From positions 1-48,066 of the forward strand of contig JAPEUI010000122.1 of assembly GCA_026025075.1 (NCBI GenBank): a stretch of 48,066 nt of DNA. Direction: 5' to 3'. The position numbers were made by a program, and so were the translations under genes. Shown here one piece after another: positions 22,142 through 35,504 of this stretch; the first letter of the stretch is position 1, and every line of letters starts with the position of its first letter. The notes under the pieces were generated by a model, which was given only the letters and a program-made list of their open reading frames with translations, was not told the DNA's origin and made no database searches. The stretch comes from Vezdaea acicularis (taxonomy: Eukaryota).

Positions 22142-24382
22142 ATGACGATTCAGGCCTATAGAAGTCGTCTTGCGCTTGTATGTCACAATACTCAGTATCT
22201 TAGCTAGTACTCTAAGGAGTTCAGCCAATAGCTAAGCTCTTCTCTGTGTTCCAATTTTCGAACCTACGTTTGAGTTCCTGCTAACGTGGTCGTGCATAGG
22301 GTCGTTCCGCATATGAGCCACCGGAGCCCAGTGGAGGCGAACAGCAACAACCTCGGACCGAGTTGGATCGAGATATTAATGCATTCCTAGCAAGTGGATA
22401 TGAGGATTCTGCGGACGGCCATAGGGATGGCCCCTCAAGTCCAGCGGTTGAGCGCGCTGTGTCGTTCGTGCCAGTTGGTACCCCAGCTAGCATTATACTC
22501 GCAGCGTCTAATGAAGAACATAGTATACACAGCAGTATGAGTTCTCTGGACGACCAACAAACCCTACCTCAAGAGCCTCCTTTCGAAACCTAATCCGAGC
22601 TCAGAACGATGTTCTCTCGCACATAGGTATTTGTGTAACAAATAAAGGATTAGAGAGAACTACACTAGCCACAGATGGTAACTCAGAAATGTCAAAAGTT
22701 CGAAATGTTATGATTGAAAACGGTCTAGGCTTTGGTTTCAACGCTATAGCTCTAGGGTTACTCTTCATATCTCTCTGGGGTCTCAAAAGTGCAAGAAACA
22801 ACATTCAAGTATTTCGTATCTTCTCAGAGATCTCCTTTTCACAGGGAATCAAATTGCGGCGGGGCACGGACGGCCTTGCAAACATCTTGCTTGCCGGAAT
22901 GCCGGCCCATCTGGTCTTCCTCGCAAGTACAAGACTAATGGATCACTTGCTTATTGAGTGTCTTGGCTGGCAAGAGTTACGTATTAGACGATATATGCCA
23001 AACATCGAGTCTGTAAAAGTTAGAAGGTTTATGGAAGCCCAATTTCGCATGTATGGCGGCCAAGTCTCTCTAATAGCTGCAAGGTTTCTGTCTGCTGACT
23101 GTCATAAAGTTTGAAGTTTACAAGCTACGCATGCTTCGGTTTCCCTTTACAACTGTTCTCCATACTACAGCGATTAAGCATCGAGCCTTGCAAATACGGC
23201 GTTTGGCCTATTACACCCCATCTGCAAGACTTGGTACCATTCAGTAACAACTCGCCTCTGCAGCTACCTTCGCTATCAATGAGGGTGGCACCGAGACAGC
23301 TCCGCATTATGACGACTTCAGTTTTGACATCGCCGCTTGTATGTTTATGGCTCCTAGATGGCTTACGTGAATCTCTCTATATCAGAGTTCTTGGATTCTT
23401 TCGCGACGTAGTGCCACGACCGGACAATCCAGATAGATTTTCTCGAGAAGGCGCATTCATTGATCAACTCGATGACGACGATATCCTAGGAATTGGGCAT
23501 CCGAACCTTTCAGACGACCGCCGACGAAGTGTAGATTTACCTATCTGGCTAGGGATGCTTGAAGAAGCTGGCGCCCGATGTGTTGAATGGGCTCTTCAGA
23601 TATTTCCGCAATCTCAGGCTCAAACTTCGTTTACTCCTACCGAAGCGCCGCATAGAGACATAGATGATGGTCATGACACTGAGCCTCCTCTTCGCAGGCC
23701 AGAATCCCCAACGGTGGTGAATGAGATACCTGACCTGGTGGTTCAGCTTGACGGGAATGGGGAAATGATCACTTCTCGGGATGCCGATGAATCAAATATT
23801 TCGTCCTTTGAGGAGGTCAACGGCGAGGCCCGGTCACAGAGGCAAGCTCAGACCCAGGCAGCTGAGGAGGCTATGACCATGGAAGTGGAGATATCTGGAC
23901 CGCCAATGCACCTTACCGGAACATTAACCCACCACACTGATCAGTCTCACCAACGTCACATTAGGCGCGACGTTTCCACCCATCATGTCACAACATTGAC
24001 CGGCCATTTTGCTGATCTGATCTGTGTCTGCATAAGTGAACAGGTATCGTCTTGGTTAGCTTCTCCCTTGGAAGGTCTTGTCATGCGCATGATTGCTTCA
24101 GCATCCTTTGCTGCTGCCGTCATTCCTCGACAGAAAGAAAGTGCAACATACCAAAGGCCTCAATTCAACTCTGGTCGCATTGGACTCAGTAACTGGAGAA
24201 CAGTTTTCGGCCCTGGCCCGCATTTCAACGAGAATTTACGGGGATACCTCCTGAATATGGCCGTATGCTTTGGTCTTGAGGCATTGGTGAGATTTACGAT
24301 TGCGGAGGCTGGGCATTTAGCAGCCGTGTTGGTAGGCTATCGGCGTTTCGGCTGGCAACTGTACAATAGAGTAGAGCGGTAA
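22142..24382 (+). CDS. Hypothetical multi-pass membrane protein
   Basis: Proposed exons 22142-22177, 22300-22473, 22524-23050, 23110-24382 join three ORF-track fragments in frame. Intron 2 needs a GTTGGT donor. Several hydrophobic helices flank an acidic loop. Divergent from SAD1. Confidence 0.75.
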
Positions 24383-25801
24383 ATGATTTTTTGATTTTTG
24401 TGAACCTTCTTGACGTTCTTGAATGTTCATTGGCAAGGCAGGAGTCATTTGCGGGCAAGCTAGTTGATAGTCGTTAGTATGGCTGATACCCTTGGGATTC
24501 GGGATGGGAACTGGCACTCAGCACGCTGGGCGCATATAAATAGAACTCAGGAGTCTGCATACGGGACATAGATTGTAGCACATATTCACCTCCTTGGTAA
24601 GAGGCTAATATACCCATCAATGAGGTCTCCGAAGTGAGGAGGACTAGGAGAAACCCGAAGCTGTGGACAAAATTGACGGCGCATTAAGCGGGGGTTCCCC
24701 CATGGCTAAACACTTCACACTCGAAAGCACAAAACGGCCCCGCCAGGCCGCAGATATAACTTGAACTATAAGAATCTAACAAGAGTAATGGCGTAGTACT
24801 AATGAGCTAATACTAAGAATAATCTTCATTGATTGCCAACGATCTCGGAGCTGCTGAAAGTAACGCATGCTGACGGGCAAACACGCCCACGATTTGCTTG
24901 TGCGCCCACTTCGGTTGGAAAGAGGGACGTTGCGGAAGCGTCCTCAGACCTTGAAACCAAGATCAAGGAGACCAAGAGCTACATTTCCACCTCCGTCATG
25001 ATCAAAATCAAGGGCTACGGCGGAAAGTGCGACTTTTCAAACACAAAGGAGATCGAGAGCTCCTTCAAGAATGGTATAAGAAACAGTCGTTCGCGTGAGG
25101 ACAATTTAGTCAATTAAAGGAGCTGAAATTTCGCGTACCCAGCCGAAAAGCCGCCAGGACTGGAGTAGCAGTTATAGACTGAGATGCTGTGTCGGTATGA
25201 GCAACTATAACTACTAGATTTTTCATTACCCGATAAAGGTATTGTAGTCTGCATACTGGTTTTATCTGGAACAGCCGCGAGAGCCTTGGGTATTATAACT
25301 GGAATTACCGTGTTAACCATTCTTACCATCCGCTGGGATTATATGGAGATCGTTGTCTCAACACATACCAACACGATATGGATCAATGGCCATTTCTGTC
25401 ATGAGTAATGGTCAGAGGGAACGTTAGGGAGGCCTTTCATGTGTTGAGAGGTCTCTCAGACAATAGAATGTTACCATGCAATGGGAAGCTGCTCATCTAA
25501 TGGCGGATACTCCATGAAATAAGCCTATAATTAGGTGATGCTGGGCAAGGAAGCGTCATTCAGATAAAGAACAATCGTTCATAGGTGGACATATTATCAT
25601 TTTAACGCAAGGCTATTTGTGTGTAATGAGAGTTATCTTAGACCTATTCGACGGACGAGATTCGGGGTGCCCCGAGTCGCAAACAAGACTTCGTACATGG
25701 CACGTTACTGGATAAAGCAGCAGCAGCTCAAATCCAAAAATCTTCCACCTAAGACGATTGATGAATCTCGAGCACTCAGTGGTCAGCTTTGCTTACCCAC
25801 C

Positions 25802-27258
25802 TCATAACCAGACTGCACCAGCTAGGACTGCCGAAGCCATCAAAGCGCCAACTGTCGCCCAGAGAGCCTCCCACGGAGTTGCGCGTAACCCCGCGCCTTT
25901 GGAAGCATTCCCAGCGCCAGAGCTACCTCCGCCGCTAACAGTTGTAGCCGTCTCCGTCACCGTCCCCGTCCCCGACCCCGCCTTAGAGGTCGAAAACGTG
26001 ACCGCAGCGGTGGACGGGCTCGGCGGCTGCGCATCCTCTCCTCCCGCGCCCAGCGAACTGCCGACGCTAGTCCCAGCTGCAGATCCACCGGTGCTGCTCG
26101 AAGGCGGGCTAGGGACCGTGAGAAACGCATACGTCTCAGGAGCTGTGCTAGGCGGTGTGGGAGAGGTAAGAGTTGTGACGGTGCTTCCGAAGGTATCAAG
26201 AAAGTAGTATTCGTAGGTGTAGAACCAGCGGACACCGTAGGAAAAGCTCCAGCTATAGTAGTAGTATGATGTGTACTCAAATTCTGTTCCGCAACGGGGC
26301 TGCGTCTTCGCATTGTAATAGCAATAGTAGCTGCTCGGACAGCAGAACTTAGAAAGGATTAGTTTGGGGGACGCTGCTGTAGCCTAGGGGGAGACCTTAC
26401 TTCTTGATTGGGGCAAGCGGTGTAGCCAGTGCTGTAGCCCGGATAGTGAGTGCAGGAGCTATGGGAAAGGAACTGGGTGAATGTAACTTACTCAAGACAG
26501 GACGAAGTTGCTGATGTGCTCGGTTTTGTTGCTACTGCAGTGACTGCAGGCGAGGTTGCCGTAGAGCTTCTACGTGAGCTTGTTGGAGCGGGTGGGGGAG
26601 CGGAAGTCGGAGCAGGTGGTGGAGGAGCGGAGGTTGGAGCAGGTGGTGGAGGAGCGGAGGTTGGAGCAGGTGCATTGGTGGCACTATTACCACCTCCTCC
26701 ACCACCACCCCCGCCCCCAGCTGGAAGGCAACCTTTCTGGCCAGTTGTGTAATTGATCACGCATTCATCCCCGTCATTACACTGTGGAAGTATAAGTTTT
26801 TTCCTCCCTTGAGTAGTTTAAAGAATAAGATGAAGTCGAAGACATACGCAGCCCCCACCGAGACAACACTGTGCTTGATTTCCCTCGCAGCACTTGCTGT
26901 TCGAACAGCAGACAGCTGGGCCAGGACAATAATGACCATCTGCACAGCACACATTACCATTCGGGGGGAAGCAACCTAGATTGCTGCAGCAGTATTCGTC
27001 GTTCGGGCAACAACCGATTCCACAGATAACGTTCTCGCCCGGGTTGGAACAAAATTGACGTTCGAAAAGGCCATCCCCGTCGAGAGAGCGCGCCAATAGT
27101 TGCGAACTGCGGTTGCCCTCGAAATGATTCTCAAGTGGTTTGATTACGGACTCATCATTGATTGTTCGGATCTCGCCGCTATCTAACTGTATTTCAATGG
27201 CGGCACTGGCTTGATTGGCGAGCAGCGCACCCATCAAAGTAAGAAAGAAGAGACGCAT
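25802..27258 (-). CDS. Secreted Cys-rich, Pro/Ser/Thr-rich GPI-anchored protein (425 aa)
   Basis: Exons 27258-26848, 26781-26492, 26431-26401, 26347-25802 (1278 nt, in frame). Signal peptide, repeated CC..C modules, poly-Gly, APTSAPPPP repeats, Tyr-rich segment, Ser/Thr stalk and hydrophobic C-terminus. Confidence 0.88.
26582..26673. repeat. ~27-bp tandem repeat x~3.5 encoding APTSAPPPP on the minus strand
   Basis: Units GGTTGGAGCAGGTGGTGGAGGAGCGGA read directly. Confidence 0.85.
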
Positions 27259-28718
27259 GGTTGTGCAAAGTCAACCATAAGAATAACATAAAAAGTAGAC
27301 AAAGCGTGTCCACGCAAGATGAGACAAAAAGTAAGGAGCGTTCGTGGAAAACGCATAGCTTTTGACACCCAAAGAAAAGGCTGTCTATTCATATCTGTCT
27401 AGCTGCGCCGCGCGCAGACTCACCACCTCATGCACAGCGGAAGGTTAATTGAGCTCGTGTAGAACAGGGGATAGATGGTAACGATCGGCCGTGGGGCGGC
27501 AGTGGTATGTGCGGCCGAGAAAATGAAAGGCTAAGCTCTTTCGCGGCGTAGTACGAAAGCCAAGCTTTTTCGCGGCTTGGTCTTATTGCGGCGCCGATCT
27601 TGGACGGGGATGCTTGTATGGACATTTCACAAGGGTGTTCGTGGGCCTTCAGTCGGAGTACTTTGCTGCTTTCGGATAAAGTTTCCCGCCATTCATCACT
27701 TCTCGTGTCTGCCTTGTCCTGTAATTACTTTCCGAAGCCATTGTGACTGCTCAAGACGATGAATTCGAACGGTGAAGAGATGACTATGTGGTGTGGTGTT
27801 AATGTGCATCTGGGAACCCGCAGAATCGGGCGTCATTCGGAAGATTTAGCCTGAGTTTGGCGTCAAGATAAATTCTGGAAGTACGACCGTAAGTTGATGG
27901 TGGGAGGTCAAGGGAATTTTTGGACTGCCGAAAAGCTTTCTTAGCCGCAGAGGAATGCGATATCCATCATGATCTTTCGTTTGCGGACACGAGATAACCA
28001 TGCCAGCCGTGTCGCATAGCTTCATGTGCCAAGACTTGGCAAGGAGGCGCAAGCGACGAGGGCCGGGGTTCGGCGATTAAGATCGCCGGTTCCTCAAATC
28101 CTGCATACTAGGGGCCAGGGCTAAAGCTGTTCCGCCAAGAAAGTTGTGTCCGATTTTCGCAATTCTCTATCGTCCGTTATTCAGCCAAAATCATATATTT
28201 CAGTTACAGAAGACCTCTAATAACATGCTAAAGTGACTCCGGACGTTTTTAAAACACGATAGCATCTGGCGTCGTGGTGCTGGAAGCGCAGAAAGTTCGA
28301 GTTCAAAGTCTTGGCGGAACAGCATTAGCCCTGACCCCTTGTACGCATATTGCATGATGCTCGAAAGCTGGGTCGAAGCAGTGGGCAAAATTGATGGCGC
28401 ATAAGCGATTAGTGGGCAAGTTTACCCGTTGGCATCCGTTGTTTTCAGCAGTTTCGAGATCGTTGGCAGTCAATGGTAATTATTCTTAGTATTAGCTCAA
28501 TAAGTTGCAGAATTTGATTTTCTTCATTACAATTATCGGATTTATTTAACAGACGTACTTCATACGCTGATGACCTGTCTTGAGGTACGATACATGATCG
28601 ACTCTGCGCTCCTTTGGGCAAGGCCAAGTCCGGGAAGCTTCTCCGAGCTTTGCGACTGCATTTCTGCGACGCTTACACGGGCCAACGTAGCCTCCCTTCC
28701 AAAAAGCGGCTCTTTTTC

Positions 28719-29709
28719 TCACATGAATGGCCTCGGATCAGCCGGTTTTCCGTTGGCATAGTGGCCATTTTGGACTGCCGTGCTGTCATTTGTGCCCATT
28801 TCAATTTGCGTTTCTTGTCCGTGAGCCTGCTTATTATGAACTGCTGGCCATAGATCTAGGAAGAACGTCAGGATATAGAACGTGAAGATGAAGGAAATGA
28901 CTAAACAAAAGTTAGTATCCCACATTAGAAAGTGATTTGGGGTTGACTTTACTCCATTCCAAAACAGCGCCAGCGTTCGTAATATGCTTATATAGGCAGA
29001 TGCCAAAAGCTACTGCTAGTATTGCTTCAACGATGATGAAGACCAGTTTGATCCAGAAGGACATTCGAAGAATGCGATGCTCTCTAAAATGTACTCCTAA
29101 TCGCTGATACTCCCAGCAGATGAAAATGGCAGATAAAACGTAACCGGCCCTGCATGTTCACAATATCAGGACATTTCTCGAGAATCAAATGGATTTGCTT
29201 ACATGAAGAGGAGCAGGAAAAGCCGATGGAGTGAAGGATGACGGAGCGTATCGAAGATTGACAGCAATATCAAACCGGCTGTTCCCATGATTGCAAAAAC
29301 TATGGAGAGCGAGACTAAGACCTTCTCGGATGTAGCTTCGTTCCGTGCTAACCTCCCTTTGTGCCGTAGCCATCGCTCTGATAAGAAGGCCAGGTCAAGG
29401 AAGACCGTCATAATAACAGCTCCGGTAATGAAAAGAGGTTTGAGACCCTGAGCCCCAATATCTTCTATTACTCAGTATCGGTGCAAATGTAGTTCGCACA
29501 TATATTCTTACCTGATATGTACCTATTTAAAAGTCAGAGGTTTCATTCCAAAATTGTGATTCCAATGCTTACGCAATTGTTTGTCCAGAATCAAATGAAG
29601 CATAATGAGGTTTACCTTCCCGCGACCATGTTATAAGCATTGCAAGTAGCAACCCCAGCCACATGCATGCAGAAATAATAGGAAGAACCCAATAAGATAT
29701 GAAAGGCAT
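28719..29709 (-). CDS. SFK1: Frag1/DRAM/Sfk1 family membrane protein
   Basis: Exons 29709-29573, 29522-29512 (11 nt), 29461-29203, 29149-28953, 28900-28719. Motifs ISYWVLPIISACMWLG, QTIAYISDIGAQGLKPLFITG, ERWLRHKGRL, LSIFDT, AVLEWIISFIFTFY. Confidence 0.92.
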
Positions 29710-30535
29710 GATGTCGTTATTCTAAGTCCGCAGCGTCACCGCTATGATTGAGTCGCCGATGCCTTTTAACAAAAAGAAAGAAGTGGCTTGTCGTACTACA
29801 AAGGAAATCAGCAAGCCAAAAGGTCGTGGTAGAGACGCGCGGTCGAGTTGGTGCGAACTGCGCTGGACTTATGAGAAAGAGGGTCTGGAAGCGTCCGTTA
29901 TGCTAATTAGGGGAAAGAAGTGAAGTGGCTCAATGCGCAGATATCACAAAGGACAGGCGGAAGTGAAATCAAGAATAATGTAGATGCCATCCCAGTGGAA
30001 GATGACATCGTAGACTTTGCGCGCCAAAGAGTGCCGCGTAAGGAAGTCAAACAACGTCATAGCCTTTAACCGGCGCCACCCGGAAACCGGCTCTTGAGCC
30101 GCATAACCTTAAGCGTGATCGGTAGGAGTACAACACGACTACGAAGACAAGACTTTAAAGAAGCTAGAACGTGTATGTATCTATTGATACCAGCAGATAC
30201 AAGGACCAAAACCCGCATTTTACTCCCGCTGCTCTGAGAATATGCAACCGCTTGGTCGCCCAATGGTGCTCCTCTTGTGCCTGATGCGGTGGTGAAATGT
30301 CCAGGCAGCAGCCCCGGGACTTGCCGCACATGCTCCCGGCGCTGTGATAAAACTTCTGTCGCGTCGCTTCTCATCGCGTCTTCCCACCATGATGTCGTTT
30401 TGCTACAGCGTTGGCAGGTTCGCCGCCAATCAGTCAGAGTTTATGCCACCATCTATAGCCTAAAGTGTCTTGATGTAGTGGATCTTTCATTCGTTAGCTT
30501 TGCTGTTGCTTCCACGGATTTCTCCCGCTTTAATC

Positions 30536-33500
30536 ATGGCCAACTGCAATTATAGAGCCAAGGTTGATGGTAATCTCCCCATGCTACCTTTGAATGTAAA
30601 GATCCATCTGATGATGGGATCCTCCTATAGGCCGACTTCTAGAAAAACTCAGAGGTGCCTTAGAACATTCTTCAGAATCGTCTTACACTCGATCATCCGT
30701 GGAGGATGATAGAGAGCCGCCTCGAAAAAAGGCACGGTTTGAGACAGCAGGAACAGGATGGCCGAACGACCCAAACACGATAGCTCTTGGTATAACGAAT
30801 ATCGACATCGTGTGTCTTTTCATTTTCAATTTGAGCCTATGTCACTGACTCATCGACTGACTTAGTCTCCAAGTGGTGGTTCGGATGCCGAGTCCTATGA
30901 TGATCTTGACAGGAGCCTGCATACGGCATATTCTGTGGTAGTAGTCAAGGCTGCTTACTTGAAGGCCGCCAAATCCACATCTCAATCAATCGAGCTTGTG
31001 ATTCGATTACCAAGCAATAGAGATTCACCGCAGGGTGAGCTACCTCTTTGGCTTTCCTTAAATGCCGGATATACCGAAAGAGCACTCGAAGAGCTTCAGA
31101 ATGCAATTATTAAAGTTTCTAGAAACAATTCAAAGGCTTTCCAACACATGAAGTTCCTGGTATCAGTACTCGTACCGGATGAAAAGCGGTGTGAAGCTGT
31201 GAGATTACAGCTTAGAAAGATCTGGGTTAATAGCGACGAAGTCCTGAGGGCTCCTGCTAAGGTAGACCGTTTCGTCCAAGAGATGCTTGGCAGGCAGTTC
31301 CCAGATGGTCGACCTCGACAAGCCTCCTCTAGAGACCCAAAAGCGTTCTACACTAGTGCGTATATGCCGAACGGAAAGGGAGGAACGCCCACCCAACTAC
31401 AAAGTAACCTTGTCGAGTGTCAACTGTTTCCCTTTCAGAAAAGGGCGGTTGAGTGGCTTCTCAGGCGAGAGGGGATGATAATGAATCAAGATGGCCAAAT
31501 TGTGCAAGCCTTTATCACGGGTCCTGGGGATCTACCGCCTTCTTTTCGTGCCGAACGTGATGCGGTAGGGCGTAACTGCTATGTCAGTAATCTCTTCGGA
31601 GTAGTCTCAGCAGATTTCGATAAGGTAAAGGCCATCGAGAATACGATTTACGGTGGTATCCTGGCAGAAGAGATGGGCCTTGGTAAGACTGTCGAAATGA
31701 TATCTCTGATATGTTTACATCAGCAAGACACGTCTGGTTTGAACAACGTCACAGAGAAGGCTTCCGGCAAGACCCTCCGAAATTGTAAGGCAACGCTTAT
31801 TATCACACCACCATCAATCTTGCAGCAGTGGAAGGACGAAATTCGGATGCATGCTCCAAGTCTAAAGGTCCAGCACTATGAAGGCATGGCGCCAGCTGGG
31901 GCGGAGGAAACTAATGAAGCTGAAGAGATTGTATCTGAGTTCCTTGACTGCGATGTCGTCTTAGTAACATATCAGATCCTTTCCAAAGAGATTTACTATG
32001 CGTCAGAACCTTCTTCGCGTCGCCTCCGTAATGAGAAGAGATATATCCCAAGGCGTAGTCCGTTAACGCTGGTATGTTGGTGGCGCGTTTGCCTCGATGA
32101 AGCTCAAATGGTTGAAAATAGTGTAAGCAACGCTGCAATTGTGGCGCGGGCTCTTCCTAGACGCAATGCTTGGGCAGTCACCGGTACACCAGTTCGCAAG
32201 AATGTCAAAGATCTTTTCGGCCTCCTATTATTCTTACATTACGAGCCTTACTGTCAAACAGCAACACAGTGGCATCTCCTCGTATCACAATACCCAGATA
32301 CCTTCAAACAGGTATTCGGCAAGATCGCCCTTCGGCATTCAAAAGCCGATGTACGAGCTGAGATACAATTGCCGCCCCAGAAGCGTGTTGTCATCACTAT
32401 TCCGTTTACTCCGGTTGAAGAACAGAACTATAACCAGTTATTCCAGGACATGTGCAATGATATCGGCTTGGACGAACACGGAGCACCACTGAGTGGGCTG
32501 TGGGACCCAGATTCCCCTTCCGTAATAGAGAAAATGAGGACATGGCTGGCCCGGTTGCGGCAGACGTGTCTTCATCCCGAAGTTGGCGGTCAAAATCGTC
32601 GAGCTCTTGGTCGTAACGAAGGTCCATTGCGTACAGTGCAAGAGGTACTTGAAGTTATGATAGAGCAGAACGAAGTGGCTGCCAGGACCGAGGAGAGGAC
32701 CTATCTCTTAACAAAGATCAAACGAGGGCAAGTATATGAAAAGCTGCGCAAGGTCCGTAAGGCGCTTAGGCTGTGGCAAGAAGCCCTTACTGAAATTAAG
32801 GGGATTGTTTCAGATTGCAGAGAACAATTGAGGCTCTTGGAAATTGATATCAGATCCGATAGGGAAAGAAATGGGAGAACGGATCCAGAAAAGGGTAGTG
32901 ACGTGCCAAGTATGAGTATCAATGAAGACACCTACGTGGATAGAAGCAGCAAGATAACTACATGGAAAGCGCGACTCCGAGGGTCTCTCGAACTCGAACA
33001 TGCGTGTACGTTCTTTGCTGCTAGCGCATACTTCCAGCTCAAGTCGGACGGAGAGCAAATCAAGCCAAATTCTTCCGAGTTCAAAGAACTGGAGAAGCAA
33101 GAGTCAGATGCCTATGAAGTCGCGAAGGCCTTACGAAAAGAGATGCTACGCGAGGTACTAGGGAAAGTTGATCCCAAGATAATCGAAGTTGCGAGACTGG
33201 TAAAGCGTAAATCCCATGCGAGAATTCCTGAGATCAATTTTGAGCTTGAGGGAGGGGGTATCGAAAGCCGCGATGTCTTCAGAAGACTTTTTGCCCTCGG
33301 TGAACTCTTAAATGAGCAGGCGATTCACGTAACTAAGTGGAGAGAGTCCTTGGTTTCCCTCCTGCAACGCCCGCTCGTGGATCAAGAAGATAGCCTTGAG
33401 ATCCAAGGCGATGAGTATGATAAGTCTGCTAAAGAGCAGGACGAAGTATACGTTTATATGGCTGTCCTTAGAGCAGCAGCCGTTGATCGCCACGATGCTC

Positions 33501-35065
33501 TCACTGGAGAAGAGAATGCCTTAGTCAAGCTTGAGATGAGGGATGCGCTTGACCAAGCTCGTAGAGGTCAAGGTCATGACCCTACGCTGACGGTGGCCAT
33601 GCTGTCATTACGAAACCAATACAAACCACATCCGTCTCAAGGGTCCATAAGAAGCCTTCTCTCAGAGTTGCGTGCACTGGCCACAACACTACGGAATAAA
33701 GTCGAATTAGACGGAGCTGGCAGCCGAGCTAGCTCAGAGCTTGCGATCATTGAGGCTGCCCTCCAGCGAGTACAGAGGGTAATGGACGACCAGAGTAAAG
33801 TGTATGGAGTTCTTGAAGCGGAATTGAATTTATTCAGAGATACCATGAACGCGCGTCTAGAGTATTACAAGCAATTGCAGGCCATATCAACGTCTGTTAC
33901 GCCAATTGAACTCGGTTCTGCGCTGGAGCGCGGTAAGCAAGACTTTAATAACCAGCGGGTGAAGGAGCTCATTTCGAAATTCAAGGCCCAAGAGGTCCGA
34001 TCTCACGAAAAGATGTCGTCTCTGAAAGCCAAGAGTCGCTACCTAGTCCACTTGCGTGCAGAGTCTAGTGGTTCGGGGTCAGATAGATTATGCGTCATCT
34101 GCCAGCACAATTTCGAAGTCGGGGCTTTAACGATCTGCGGTCATCAATACTGTAGGGACTGCTTCCGGTTATGGTGGTCTGCGCACAGGACCTGCCCAAT
34201 CTGCAAGCGCCGTCTCAATGCTACCGAGTTTCATGAGATAAGCTACAAGCCTAGAGAACTGCTAGTTCAGGAGGAAGCTCAAGCTACACGTCAAAAGAAT
34301 GAAGTCGCCGCGGAATCGTCCATCTACTCCGGCATTAATAGCAAGACCCTCGACCAGATCAAGACGATAGATCTGAACGGGTCCTTTGGAACCAAGATTG
34401 ATACCTTGGGACGTCATCTCCTCTGGCTGCGAGACAATGACGCAGGCGCAAAGTCTGTTATCTTTTCTCAATATCGAGATTTTCTTCAGGTTCTGCAGAC
34501 CTCGTTGAAGAAATTCAAAATCCGTTACAGCTCCTTCGGTGAGAAGGATGGGATATCAAACTTCAAAAACAACCCGGATATAGAGTGCTTTCTCCTACAC
34601 GCTCGAGCTCAAGCCTCCGGCCTGAACCTCGTCAATGCGACCCACGTTTTTCTATGTGAGCCATTAATTAACACGGCACTAGAGCTTCAAGCCATTGCTA
34701 GAGTCCATCGGATAGGGCAACGTCGGCCGACCACTGTTTGGATGTACCTAATCAGTGACACTGTCGAAGAGACAATATATAGACTATCAGTTGATCGACG
34801 TTTATCCCATATAGGAAGGGGAGAGCTTGAGGAGAGTTCGCTTGAGGTGGCAAACTCTATGGAACTCCAACGAGTACCGTTGGAGAACTTACTCGCGAGT
34901 AAATCTCACGAAGGTGAACATGTCCAGAAAGATGATTTATGGAGCTGCTTGTTCGGGGCTTCCATCAAGCAAAAGAGCAATCACCCTGCAAACTTAGAAA
35001 TTGAGGTCAATCGTCATTTGCGTGCTTCGGCAGCGGAGGGCCGAATAGAAGTGGCGCAGGCTTAA
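30536..35065 (+). CDS. IRC20: SNF2-family helicase with C3HC4 RING E3 ligase (Irc20/SHPRH-like)
   Basis: 1376-codon ORF with LFPFQKRAVEW, GGILAEEMGLGKT, LDEAQ, TGTP, RING CVIC..CGHQYCRDC..CPIC and helicase-C GLNL..QAIARVHRIGQ. The proposed 5' exons 30536-30569 and 30631-30809 (NLS-like PPRKKAR) join 30866-35065 in frame but are less certain. Confidence 0.93.
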
Positions 35066-35504
35066 TTGTTTACGAGAGCTCAGCGGCAAGGTGGAATCAT
35101 GATGAATGAGCCTAAGCATACTCGTTAACATTCTCAAACAGAAAGTGGAAGTGGCAGGTCATCAGTCCGTGAGAAATGCTTGCTTTGGATATGGCATGGA
35201 CTCTAGGACATAGGCTAAATACCTTGTAAGATGTAAATAAAAGTTGTGTGTGAATTCAGTGTCCCAGTTTCCTACCATTATCCCACTCTGCAGATAAATC
35301 CAAGACAAGTAATATGTCTTCGCCATGTTCAACTGCCTTTCATTTCAAGCATGGAATTACCGCAATGGTAGACCGTTATCTCTTCAAATAATAAAGTAAC
35401 TAGTGTCTTGGTCACCTTAGCTTTTGTAGAATCTCAAAGGTCCTGCAAACCAGTAACCCAACCTTTGAGCAGCCGTGCATTTTTTTATGGCTGGTAGGAT
35501 TCAT

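Noticed and set aside
24833..25117. Coding-like 94-codon frame
   Set aside because: The codons look plausible, but it has a TTG start, no convincing upstream exon and no recognisable homology. It may be a gene relic.
27761..27770. tRNA T-loop-like GTTCGAATTC on the minus strand
   Set aside because: There is no T-stem or cloverleaf around it.
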